From the NCBI GenBank assembly GCA_973895155.1, contig OZ316896.1, positions 11,670,830 to 11,734,829 of the forward strand: a stretch of DNA of 64,000 bases, given 5' to 3'. Source of the DNA: Marsupella aquatica. Taxonomy: Eukaryota; Plantae; Marchantiophyta. Made by a program: the position numbers and the translations under genes. The notes under the pieces are model-generated. The model did not search any database, had not been told where the DNA came from, and worked only from the letters and a program-made list of their open reading frames with translations. Below are positions 26,601 to 39,330 of the stretch, one piece after another. Every line of letters starts with the position of its first letter. Positions within the stretch are counted from its first letter, which is position 1.

Positions 26601-27887
26601 AACCAAAAGTAAATTTCCGCGAAAAGAATCTTTCTGGGGATGTAGGAGTTGAACAAACGCCTAAATCATTCCACTTTCTTAAACCTAAAGCCTTCGTATA
26701 TCAAGTCAGCCAACCAATAACTCATCACCAAGACAAAGCAGTAGAGGTAGCGAATACTTCTTATCGACTTCGAAGTCGTTCACTCGTTTCCTTTCTCCCA
26801 TTGTCAGACTTTCGGCATATTTTCTATAATTTGTCCAAGTTGAACCCTCGGGTGTTTCATGCCCAATTCTCAAAATCAAAAGGAAACTCCGATGGTGGAA
26901 GATTGGGAATTACCGGCATTTGCGGAATGACCCAACTCCAGAACGAATCGGAGGCTTCCATTCGCTCCACCAGATTTTGGCCATGCAGAAATGTTCTTGT
27001 CGTAAGTTCCGGCATCATGCCATCCCAGACGAATCTACACCACCCACGCCAGCATTGAGACTCAGAGAGCACAATGATAACACCAGATTGATAGTTCTCA
27101 CTCTAAATCACAGACCATATTCGACATCACTCTCAATATGAAAATTCTGCAACCCTTGCATACTAACGGTGGATGTAGAGGCTATGCTATGAGATCACTG
27201 ACAAGGATACCGTGAGCTTTCTTCTCCGTTAATAATTTCTTTATCTCCTCTTTGGCTTCCTTGAGCTGTTGTGCATCTGTAGCAAAGCTGGTGGTACTCA
27301 AAGCTCCTCCTTTGACAGCTTCCACTCTTTTCGCCTTCCTCCTTTGCAGCGAGGGAATCTGGCCATGTGTCCAATGCATGAGGTCAGCATGTCTCTTAGA
27401 TATACGTCGGGGCCTCCAGCCAATTTATTTAGAATCTCGATAGCGAAAATGCACGAGTGGCCTTTGGAGACAAAATTCCGACCCACGGTACAAACTGGAC
27501 TCGAACATAGCTCCAGTAATATGCCATAAAACGGTACTGCTGTTGGTTGGGCATTCACATTGTGTAGAGAGGTCTTTTCGCCTGAAAGTGTTAGAATTGA
27601 CAGCACAGAATAGCCTCAAAAGAATAGACTCCAAAGAACATTATGTCGTGACAATCTATACCATAAGGTACTCCTCGTAAAAAGCTCACCGAGACGTTAA
27701 AAGATGGCAACAGCTGAGGCCGGAGGTCGCTTGATTGTTGTCGAAATGATGATTTCGCTGAAAGGCGGAGAGCGGGAAGGTCCACATTTTCAGTGTTGCT
27801 CCGAGCTTCTGCTGCAGCAACATGCCCGAGAGCAGCTGTGGCAGTAGCCAAAGTGCTCTGTAGCCCACGCATGGCTGTCGAGGCCAT
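23609..27887 (-). CDS. APX: Plastid ascorbate peroxidase (transit peptide plus APX domain), multi-exon; appears to continue into the rubredoxin exon
   Basis: [98 protein letters not shown]. Last exon 23609-23729 has no stop and ends in a GTGAGT donor. Confidence 0.95.
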
Positions 27888-29464
27888 GGCGACTCTCACT
27901 GTCTATGGTTAGACGGGAGCTGTCCCTTAATGGTATATAAAGGCGACCCTATATGGTCGACCAGCGTGTGCGGGGATACGGATATGCTGATCCGGTGGCC
28001 GGATTCCGATAGGGGTCTCAATTTTGGGCCCGCGTACCCTTCCGGGCTCCACGGTAAAGGCCTCAAATGGACGTCCGCCAAAAGTGTGTGGACGTCCGAA
28101 ACCATGGTCGCCACACTTCCGGACCGGGACTCGATGTTGGCCAGTGACCGTTTTGCCTCACTTTATTCACGACCTCCGCCACCTCCGCCTGCCACAACTC
28201 TGGTTGGACGAAGAGGACGGCGCAAAGCGCGAGGGAAGCGGGACACCAAAGAAATTGAAATGCTGGATCATTCAAGTCGATTCGTTCCATTCAAAATTTG
28301 AGTAAACTCCTTCGACGTGAGTGGACCGGTATAGCGGAATGAGGATTACAAGAATTCATTAGTAAACGCAGAGCGAACGCAGAGCAAACACAGAGAAGAA
28401 GGTAGACGATGTGAAGGATTGTGGGCTGAATCGATCGAAGAGCTTGTTCTCCTCGGGAATAACAAAGTGGTAGATGGAAAGGAAAGAAGGAGGACAAAAA
28501 TTCGAGGAAAACCTTTTAAAAACGGAGTTGCGGGATTTGTAGGCTGACAGGCCAGCGCGACACATTGGGGCTGTAAACAACGCGCGGAAAAGGATGTGAA
28601 GATTATGGCATCCAATGTGTTGCCGTGACTCCGTGAGTCTTCAGCCATAAATGCGGTGTGGTACAACACATTTGTTATGTCCTACAACCATCCATTGGAG
28701 TAGTGTTTTTATCTAGATGTCACTGTCCAGTGCAAGGGAAAATTGGCAGGTCATGTGGGACCGGGGAAAAACAAATTTTGATTTCTGTGAAGCGCGCCTC
28801 ACACGTAGCTTCTAGGTTCTGAAAATCTAGGTAAAAATAAAAATGTATAATGTGATTATGAAATCAATAGGGAGGTGTAGAAAAGTAAAACTAGACCAGA
28901 CCAGAATAGAGTAGGGGAGTTTAGGGTACATTTATATTAAATGTAAAGAGAGAATTGTTTACTAGAATAAGTGGTACCCCATACTTAAATAACGCGCCTC
29001 TTGAAAGAAAATACCGTCCTATCTTCTTTGCACTTCAACCGACGCACGATGCTTGCCTTTTTGGGGAACAAGGTAGCTAAAATGAATTCACCCGTTGAAG
29101 AGAATAGATACATTCAAAACTCCCAACTCTAATTTACAATTACTACAAAAAAATATTTGACTTTTACCTGAAGTTTTCCCATCGTCTAAATCTTAAAGTT
29201 TCCCTTCCCTGAAGCTCATATTGTTTTTCCTTCCCCACCCTCCCTCAAGTTTTTTTCCCCCCGCGCCTGAAGCTGGAGTTTTTTTTCTTCCCCCCTGAAG
29301 GTGAAGTTGTTTGTTTTTCCCCGAAAAAGCTGATTTTTTTTTGGCTTGCTTTGGTTTTTGCTTTTTTTCTTCTCCCCCACTTTCACATTATGTACGGTTT
29401 ACATCATGTGTGAAAAAAACTAGGATACAACGTACGGATTCGATGAAAAAAATCACCCCTGGTT

Positions 29465-30191
29465 TAGGGAACCAATAGAGAGCAGGTAAATTCAGGCATG
29501 TACTTTGGTCGGTATATGTCCCTGCAACACCCAAAATGCCGGTCCAGTGAAGTTTAGGGTCTTTTCAATACGTTCAGAGTCCTTCTGCCGGCGTAGGCCA
29601 CCTTCATGGGGTACCCTCATTGATCAAAGTACCATCGTTGATAAGCGTACCCATTGATAAGAGTACCCATAAGAGTACCCTCATTGATAAGAGTACTACC
29701 CTCATGCACAAGGGTATCCTCAGGAGATAAGAGTACCCTCATTGATCAAAGTACCATCGTTGATAAACGTACTCACTGATAAAGGTACTCTCATTGATAA
29801 GAGTACCCTCATTGATCAAAGTATTGTCGTTGATAAACGTACCCATTGATAAGAGTACCCTCACTCATAAGAGTACCCTCATTGCTAAGGGTACCCTCAC
29901 TGATAAGGGTACCCTCGTTGATCAAAGTACCCATTGTTAAGAGTACCCTCATTGATCAAAGTACCATCGTTGAAAAGCGTACCTATTGATAAGAGTACAT
30001 TCACTTATAAGAGTACCTTCACTGATAAGAGTACCTTCATGTTAATGCCAGGCCGGCCAGAACTCTTGGCAACAGACGAGGCCTGCCGGCCAGAAAGTAT
30101 CTGGCGGCAGGAAGTCAAATTTCAGGGAATCCTACTAATAATGATGGAACAGGTGGATTAATTTCCGGCCGGCCTCTCCGTTGGCTCCCTG
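29465..30191. mobile_element. Possible non-autonomous TIR element filled with a ~19-bp GATAAGAGTACCCTCATT minisatellite (29610-30040)
   Basis: Ends TAGGGAACCAATAGAGAG and CTCTCCGTTGGCTCCCTG are an imperfect inverted pair. No TSD found. The minisatellite is directly visible. Confidence 0.45.
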
Positions 30192-33002
30192 AACTAACTT
30201 TGTAATTTTTTTCCCAACTCATTAAAGAATGATTTTTTCCGCACACTCAAAGTTTCAGTTGTGCACATGATTTCCTGCGGTGCCAAATTTTTCAAACCAA
30301 CCCGCGAGACAAAATTTTGTGCACTGTTTCGTGCGATGTGATAACTCCAGTCCAGAGGTGTGCTTTAGAAAATATTTTGCACCAGACCAGATGTTTCCTG
30401 TCTTGTAGTACCCAGTCGAAAATGTTCGCAACATAGGTATCACAAGATGTGATAGGAAATTTGTTGCACCGGTTTTGCCATATCAAAATTTTTGCACAGG
30501 GGACATGCATGTGCGTACCTGCTGTCATATCAAATTTTTGCACCAGATATTCCTCATGTTTATTTTGTGCCCTACCATAAAAGTAAAGATTACAAAAACA
30601 AATACCATTGATTTCATCCGAAATTCTATCTCTTGTGTTGGATGTACATTTTGTTGGGCATAGGAAAGGCGAGGAGAGTTTTTTTAGTCTAGAGAGTACA
30701 CCGTGGTGAAAATATGATATCTCAGGTGCGAGAAAATATGTGCTGGTAAATGTGTTCCCATTCCAATGAATGATAGAGCTTGTTGTTATGTTCACTGAAA
30801 ATAGGAGAGTAAATAGGTTAACCCTCCAAAATAGAGGGATGCAAAAAAAAATTCTAAACCCTAAACATTGGCGTGCAAAATAGTGTTTTGCGCCCAGCTG
30901 TACGACATAACAAATGTGTTGTACGACACCGCATTTGTGGCCAAAAACTCACGGCAACATATTGGATGCCATAGAAGATAGGTTGATGGTTCTTGGAAGG
31001 AATTGTTCAAGTAAGATTTCAATGGCGTCGTCACTGCAAATCTTGCTTGTGCTCTATGGTACATTTTATTGAAACAGGACTTTGCACCTAATATATTCTA
31101 ATTGACAATACTGCAAATTGTTTTTGGGGTATTTATAAAAATGACAGGGTTTAGTATATTGGATGACAAGTTTACAAAGGTAACCATGTTAGAAACCAGT
31201 ATGTGGGTCTAGTTGGAATTTGTTAGTAGCATTGAGCTTTAATTTTCCAACCACTTTTCTATCAAATGGAGGTTAAACTAATGGAGAGAGCCTATACCTT
31301 GGAGGAACACTTCATTCTGCTCACACTAGATATCAATGGTCAAGAGTTGGAGAGTGAAGAGAGAAGAGTATTGTGTCATGGAGCTCAGCTTGTGACTTGC
31401 CAAAGCTATGGCCAATGTATGGTGTTAATATACAGTGAATTTTTTTCTTTTGGTCACACACCCTAAACTGGGTGAACCAAAAGTCTCTAAGTCAAGATAC
31501 ATTGGTTTCTCAACACATGTATCTCAACACAACTAGCAATATTGAGGATGTCTATCCATATGCAAAAAGTTATTCACTTCACAACCCTTCACATGTCCTG
31601 GAAAGAGTTACTTACTAGGTTTCTTTTTTTTCTAAATGCTCCATGCCACATTGATTCATAGATTGATTGAATTTTATTTTTTTCCTGGGAAACCCTTTTG
31701 TTTAAGAATAAAGCGAAAAAGAGGGTTTAGCACTCCCACAATGAAAATTGTTTTCCTTTAAGTCCTCCTAGGTCAAATCAGCTTAGGTGAGGTTGGCTCA
31801 GGTCAGATCTGCCTAGGTCAAATAAGCTTGGAATGCATTTAATTATGTCTTTTGCGGCAAACTAATCAGACAATGTTGGCAATCTTTGCCTGTTTTTAAT
31901 TCTTAACCCCGTGCTCCATTGGTACTAAGATTAATTTTTGCCAGAGTGAATGGTCACAATGTCTATTCTATGAGCCCCAAAAATTTCAATGTTTAAATCA
32001 AGTAGGAATGAAAATCAAAATACACTACCATGGTCTAAGTTTTGAATTCTGCGTAGTGTTCAGGCATGGTTGCACAATATGAGGGAGTGTTTTTTGTTGT
32101 TTTGTTTAATTTTAAGTCACTTTGAATACATATTTAAATTTGATTACATATTCAGATTTTCTCCAAATTTTCAAAATTTTATTATATTTCCATTTTGGGC
32201 AGGTGCGGACAGGCATTGGACACACATTTGAGGTTGGACGAGTATCTAGGTGGATCTGATGGCACCCCAAAAAATCAATTTTTGATGAAGAGCTAGGATG
32301 CACTCTCACTTTTTCCTTATTTTGTAAAAGACTAAAGTACTTTTTGGGTGGCTAGTGTATTATAGTGTTTGATGAGTTGATGTAAAATAGATGTGGAGGC
32401 ATGGAATGGGGGTAAGTTAATTGGACATGTACATTCACTCATTTTGGCATGGCATGGTTGAGAAATGTACGTGTATCTATTTTGGTATTTTGGTATGACA
32501 GGATTAGGACACCACTTCTCAATTTTGTCCCACATGATTATGCATATAAATGTTCCCACATGCAAGGCATCTAGATGCTTCAATAAGAAAAATCCAATGG
32601 CTGAGAATCAAAATTTCAGTTTTGTCCCACACGAGTGCTCACACATGAAAATAATCTAGATGGTCCAATTTGCACAGATCCAATGGTTTAGAATGTATGA
32701 GATGATGTGTATTTTTCACAGAATTTCCAGAATTACAAGAGTCTCTAACTAGACTCGTAACCATGGGATTTTTGTAAATATAAAAAAGTGGCACTATTGT
32801 AAATTGAAACATCTTTAGTGGCAATGCACTTAAAAGTTGTTTATTGAAAAAACTGTCTGCAAAATCCATACATTCTAAATCTATATACATACACTAGCTC
32901 AATACCCGTGCTTTGTACAAAAGATATCGTGAAGGAACAAGATTTTGTGTCATCTAGTATGTTGTGTCGTGAAGAAGAGGAAAAATTGTGTAAGCCCAAG
33001 AT

Positions 33003-33345
33003 TGTTGAGCATAGACGACAATCGCAACGGTAAGCACATGACACATCCAACGCGCAAGTAGTCGACACAAGAGATACGTGGTTCACCTCCTTGAGGCTAT
33101 GTCCACGGGAACACACAAGAGAGCTTTACTGAACTCTAAGCCCGTCGGCCATACCAAGTCTTTACAGTGTAAGCTCTCCTCATCTCTCAAGTGGCTCCAT
33201 AACAATGAGCCTAAGTTCCACTTATCCAAGCAAACACCGCTTGGCATATAGTGTGCATCCTAGTTAACCTAACCACATCTCCGACTACAGTTAGCCTAAC
33301 TACGGTTACATGTCGTAACCCTAGACCTTGAGTAAATACCTAACA
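33003..33345 (-). mobile_element. Solo LTR, copia-like, 343 bp
   Basis: TGTTGAG...CCTAACA with perfect 5-bp TSD AAGAT (32998-33002 and 33346-33350); contains a copia-type GATACGTGGTTCACC...GTCCACGGG motif. Confidence 0.85.
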
Positions 33346-34389
33346 AAGATGTCAGGAAGAGAAAAAATGTTGTGAGAATAAAATGTAGTGTAGTACAAGA
33401 TGTTGTGAAGAAAAAAGATGTCATAATACCCAAGATGTCATGAAAAAAAATATCGTGTCGCCCAAGATGTCATGAAAAGAAAAGATGTTGTATCGCCCAA
33501 GATGTTATGAAGCTTACTTGGCTTTCGTCGCCCCAATGCCAAGTTCACTTGGGGCAACGAAATGGTTTGACTGCCTTTTCTCTCGGAAACAATGAGAGAA
33601 ACATATATCAATGTGAAAAGAGATGTCATGAGAGATTGAAAGAGATTCAAGGCAATAAAAAGATGTAGAGGAGAACACAAATATTGTGATCATGAGATAC
33701 ACATGTCAAGGTGATGAAATATGGCAAGGTGAGAAAATGATGTAAAGATGAGAATAAGATGTTGAGGAGAGGAAAAATATCAAAGGTGACCAAAAATATT
33801 TGTGGTAAATTAAAGATGTTAATGTGAGAAAGTCTAAATGGCCAGATGAAAAGAAGATGTCAAGGTAAGGTAAAGTTGTTGTGGTGGTGTTTAATAAATC
33901 GTGCATTGCACGTCAAAATTGGAGAGGCAAGATAATGGCCATTGTATCATAGAGTCCAACCACAACCAAGTGATAGGAAAATATATGTTTATTTGTTTTA
34001 AATTCTTTAAGAAATATGTATTTTATATATTTTATTTATACCCAAGTTTTTTCAGAAATTTAAAGCTAATAATCCAATTCTTCAAATTCTCATTCAAATA
34101 ATTAAATTGAATTAAATTTTCATTTTGGTCAGGTTTGGGCGGGCTACAGGCAGCTCGGGCAGAGGCAATTGATTAAAAGGGGTATGGATGGATCTGACAA
34201 TACCAAGAAACAAATCTTTAAAGAATGGCTACAATTGGTTCACTCTTTTTACTGAGTTTGTAAAAGGAAGTCTTGTGAACCCTAGTGTATTGATATTCTA
34301 GGCCCTCCCCATTTCCTTTGTTGTGTTGGATCCCTTCTTGCTTGGAAACTGTGCACTTTATTTTTAGTCACACTAAATGGAGAAATATA

Positions 34390-35160
34390 CACACTTTTTA
34401 TATACAAAGGGACCAAACAGAGTACAAATGAACAAACAAAAGAGGGCCCAAGTGGACAAAACCAATCGAAAAAGAAGTGAGCAAAAGGGAACCACTAAAC
34501 ACCAAGAAAGAGGAACTAAAAGGAAGAAATGAACAATAGGGAACCCCTAAAAACCAAGAAAGAGAGAGAGACTAAAACTAACCCAAGCGGACCGAGGTCC
34601 TCATCATTCCTACCGATTGTGGCAAAAAGCTAATGGTCCACATCAAGAGTCAAAACTAGATCGGCAAGTGGGATTGGAACATCCTCAAGGGGAGCTAGCC
34701 GCTGCGGAGGCACACTAGCACCCACTGTAAGAGATCGACGATAGATGGCCCGAGCTTGAGCACGCTGTAAGGTGACTGAAATGCGTTGGCAAAAGTGCGT
34801 GGTCAAAATAGAAAGCGGGGGTCCGGTGGGACCCATTCGGCCATGAACATCCCGGGCAGCTTGCCGAAGAAGCCCATCAAACTGAGGATGAAGACGCCCA
34901 AATAGCTCCACAGCAAGGGGGAGGAAGCTGTCGGATGAAGCTCGTGCAGCATATTTGGCCTCCTTCGTTGTTGCCGCACGTGACGCTGCTGCCCCTGCCG
35001 TAGTTGCCGCTGTCCCAATGATGTCTTGGCGCAATGGGTTTGCCACCACAACATCTGTCAAAGTACGTTGACCCTCACGGACCATGGTAAGATCCACCCG
35101 TAACCGCTGTGATGGAGGACCAGGTAACTCGAGTACCACCTCCCGCCGCACGCATACCAA
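34390..35160 (-). mobile_element. 5'-truncated non-LTR retrotransposon, restriction-like endonuclease (CRE/R2-type) C-terminus
   Basis: ORF 34630-35160: RVD...DVVVANP...KEAKY...FLPLAVELFGRL...QRISVTLQRAQARAI, followed by a T-rich 3' UTR. Confidence 0.75.
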
Positions 35161-35927
35161 AGAGCCAGAGAGAATGTTGTTTTTCTTTTATTCTTTCTTT
35201 TTGGTTAGATTCTTTTATGTTTGTCATTAAGGAACAATGCAAATTTGACCGACGACCACACTATAAAAAGGCATAATCTTGTAGTATAGCTTTTGATATA
35301 TCAATTAAGTCAAAACTTAGAAGACCCCTTAAAAACTATATTATATTTGGCATTTATATGCTACTCTATCAACCCTCAAGAAAAGCTTAAAGGAAGGTGT
35401 TTTTTCCCTTGAAAACCTAAAGCATGCCCATCCAATTGAGGATAGACATCCTCCTCTAGAGCATGCAATTCTATGTAGGGTAGCCACAACCATTATGTAA
35501 GGTAGCCGAAAGGAGACAATACCCACGATCCCACAGGGACCAGAGCATGAGGGAGAGAGGGTTAAACCAAGACAAAGCAACTGTTCCTTTTTCCTGTTTC
35601 CTGGCACGGTGGTTATACCCAAAGAGTAGTACATCGGTGCAACAACTACAGCAAATGGATGACAATTTTTTGAGATTTTTTTGAGATTTTTTTTTGGAAT
35701 TTCTTTTTGGAATTTTTTTTTGGTTTATATTTTTGACATTTTTTTACTAGCGCCCAGCTAGTAATAGTAGCACCTAGCGTTGGCCAAAAATGATCCTTTT
35801 TAAAAATATTTTGAAAATTTTGAGTTTTCATGAGATATTTTTTATATTTCATTTTTGCTCGTAACACTAAAGTTTTGCTCATAACATAAAATAATTTTTC
35901 CTATTTCCTGGCACGGTGTAAAGCCTC
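35161..35927. mobile_element. Rearranged non-autonomous MULE-like element, same family as 50617-50934
   Basis: 35650-35927 is collinear with about 50680-50934. The other terminus (TTTCCTGGCACGGTGGTTATACCC, ending 35620) is inverted; its flank AAAGAGTAG is the reverse complement of CTACTCTTT at 35928. Left boundary uncertain. Confidence 0.7.
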
Positions 35928-37265
35928 CTACTCTTTGACATTTCAAACTGATTAATCCGCCATATTCCTTCTGCAATAGACATGTACCTAGCATCTAAAT
36001 GCTCTTTTATTTCATCACGTTGCTCTACCTCCATTGTTGCTTTATCATGCCCTTTGTAGCAATATTTATACAAGTACTTAATGGCTTTGATAGAGCAACA
36101 TATCTCCATGTTAATATGAGCGTTGTATTTCATGCTCAAATATGGACTATGAGGAATAACCCACCTGTTATCAGGAGGAATTGCGCCCATCATCTTGAAG
36201 TTGATACACTTGGGATACCTATCATCCCCTAAAACTGTTCAATTGAGAATGGTCTCAGGTAGCCCTTGCTACACTGTCCATCAACCATGCAAGGCAAGTT
36301 GGGGTACCCCCAACCACACAGTCCATGTGCCATGTATTTTGTTATAGTCTGAAATAATTGTGGATACACCCACACGTCCGATATTTTTGTAGAAACTAAT
36401 TTGTCAACCAACTCCAATGTACGTGCATAGTTTATGGCATTCAACCAATATGATCAAAATGTGGGTATGCGACAAATCTCTCTTTTGAAACTCTATGATA
36501 TGCATAGAGGCAATAGGTCTACCTAAGACCCTTGCACAAATGTCCGCCAAAAGTGCCTTCAACTTGAGTTTGAACACTCGAGCAACAATGTCATTTTGGT
36601 CGGTCGGGGTCTGATAGGGGTAGCACTCCGCCCTGACTTCTGGCCATTCAGGATTGCATGTAAATGTGATAAAAAGGTTTAAAGGGGACCATACATGCAT
36701 ACAACAACCATGGTGTCTTGGTATGCCTACATCATATTGCGGGCACTACCTCCACATGAGGATGGCAAAATGTAGGTCCTACCTACATCACCTGCATGTG
36801 CAGCTTCATCTTGAATTGCATCTTGAAGCCCTTGATATAGTTTTGTGCGCAACTTTTTTTTATTGTTGCAAATATAGGTTAGTCGTGTTTGATCTATGCA
36901 TGCATATGTATTCACAATACATTGCTTTGGCAATTGCGCTCCACAAAGCATTCAATCATCACCTCGCCTTGAGTGTAGCAATTATGCATAGTATTATAGT
37001 TGTGTAACCTTTTTGGAGCCATTGTGTCCACCCCTTCCTTGGTGTTCAATTGCCATAATGACCCCATCTTGAAATTCATGGCTCACCAATGTGATGTCAT
37101 AAGACCACCCATCTTGACCATGCGGAAAGAGTAAGACATAATGGAGAGGAGCATAGGACCTATGCAACTCCAAAATCATATGTAGGCCGTCGTCCCTTGT
37201 CCTGAGGATAATATCTTGGCCACGTGTTTCAATATCCTCTTCCCCAACCATGATCACACCAATCC
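35928..37265 (-). pseudogene. Helitron RepHel, Rep (HUH) portion
   Basis: LHYVLLFPHGQDGW, YILPSSCGGSARNM, LFITFTCNPEWPEV, IEFQKRDLSHTHILI, HINMEIC...KYLYKYCYKG, with several frameshifts and stops. Confidence 0.92.
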
Positions 37266-37703
37266 GAGGTACACAACTTCATCAGTTATCAATGACTTTC
37301 ATCAGTCACTGATATCAGTCTGTGCCCGAAACTCAGCGACGCCTCCGATATGGACTTAATTCACACCCACAGTCAAACCCTATGTCGGTGTCCACTCCGA
37401 CATTGTTTTGGTTCGGACAATTAGTAATGTCGGCTGCCTCTCTGACCATCTTGGTGCCCTTTCTAACCATCTTGGCGCCCTCTCTGAGATATCCTTGGAG
37501 TGTTGTTCCATCTCGGCTGAGCTCGCCAAGATGAAAACATACCCAGCAACGTGTACAACATAGCATATCAAATAGGAGCCACATTAAGAACGTTTGGATG
37601 ACACACTTTTTATTAAGCTTTGTACCAAACTTTACAACGATGTTGTCTATCTCAATTTTCTGAACTAAATTCCACTAGGCTGCGTCTCCATCTTCCATCC
37701 TCT

Positions 37704-38726
37704 CTATAGGGTAATTGTCTGGCAGACAAGGTCCACAACAATCTTTTGCCGCATGATGTCTATAAGTGCAAGGTCAAAGTTCAGTACGCAGCCTCCAGAA
37801 ATATGCTCCATGTAGATAATGATATATACACCACAATTGTAATCATCCCCTTGACTTGGAATGTTATCTCGGTAAATGCGTGGCCATTCTAATGGACATA
37901 ACAAGGTAAGACCCTGCAAGATGGAGAGGTCCGAAAGAAACTTAGCTACTTTGAACACTTCTGTGCCATCCTGTGCTTCGGGCACAAGTGGATCAAGTAA
38001 ATGCAGTTGCCGCAAGGCAGCATCAACCACAACTAGTACCCAGTGTTTTGGCCGGTAGACGGGGATTAAAATGTACTCGTGCTCCCACATTTGAATGCCC
38101 CGCCAATATGCCAACGCTGCGTTGAAGTTATATTCCGGAGTTGTCATCACTTGGTAAAAATGTGTTGGCAATAACATGGCCTTGGGTTTATGAAGGGTTT
38201 GTGCTCTTCGTTCCAGTAAAGCAATGTAAGCATTGATGACGTCGCAAGTGATCCATTTTTTTGGCCTCAAGCATTTTAAATGTGCCCTCGTCAAGTGCAC
38301 GTCCTCGATTGTCACTATGACCTCTTTTTGGTCCGCCTTGGGGTCCAATGCCTTCTTCACTATCGCCAAAAATTTGGATGGTTGCTGTTGTGCGGGCACT
38401 CCTTTGTTTGCAAGCCCCACCTCTTTCACTCCTGCCCGGGGAGTCAGCCCCTCATTCACTGGTTTCTCAGGTCTCTCCTGAGCTGCAATGAAGGTAAATT
38501 CATTCAAACATTACTCTTCGGAACTGGAGCTTGATAATCTTATACTTACATGGTGAGTTTGGAGACTGTCACTTCCTACCGAGCTACTCTCATCCAATTG
38601 AGCTTCTTTTGCCCTATCATCGACAAATTTGAGAGTTTTCCTTTTTCTCTCTTTTACACAGCGAGGCACTATTTCTTCATGATAGGTATCAGCAGCGTAG
38701 CACGAAAGGGTTAACTTCTCCGACAA
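37704..38726 (-). CDS. Ulp1-like (peptidase C48) SUMO protease; in-frame stop at 38511-38513 upstream of the domain
   Basis: WITCDVINAY, ILIPVYRPKHWVLVVVD, LLDPL, IPSQGDDYNCGVY; His-Asp-Cys triad and oxyanion Gln present. Confidence 0.9.
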
Positions 38727-38921
38727 GAAATATGCCGAAGCTTCCTCCCACGCAAGCTTGACAAGCCGTCTGTCCTGGCTGTCCCATTCCGCTGTAGCTG
38801 ACTCGGTAGTCCTATCGGGAACTGCTACTTAGTTATACTTAAATCCAATCAAATAATGTATTGCGCCCAAAATAGACGTAAACAAGAAGGCATATGTCGG
38901 GGAAGGTAGTCGACATGGATC

Positions 38922-39330
38922 GACGGATCTCGGAGAGGCCAGCCGAGATCACTCTTCCTAAGACGGATCTCGGAGAGGCCAGCCGAGATGACTATTCTTG
39001 AGACGGATCTCAGAGAGGCCAGCCGAGATTGACTCTTCCTGAGACAGATCTTGGATAGGCCAGCCAAGATCACTCTTCCTGAGATGGATCTCGGAGAGGC
39101 CAGCCGAGATGACTATTCCTGAGACGGATCCCAAAGAGGCCAGCCGAGATTGACTCTTCCTGAGACGGATCTTGGATAGGCCAGCCAAGATCACTCTTCT
39201 TGAGATGGATCTTGGAGAGGCCAGCCGAGATGACTATTCCTGAGATGGATCTCAGAGAGGCCAGCCGAGATTAACTCTTCCTAAGACGGATCTTGGAGAG
39301 GCCCGCCAAGATGACTCTTCCTGAGTTGCA
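38922..39330. repeat. Tandem array, 39-40 bp unit, ~10 copies, each containing the element palindrome
   Basis: Unit GAGACGGATCTCGGAGAGGCCAGCCGAGATGACTCTTCCT. Confidence 0.92.
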
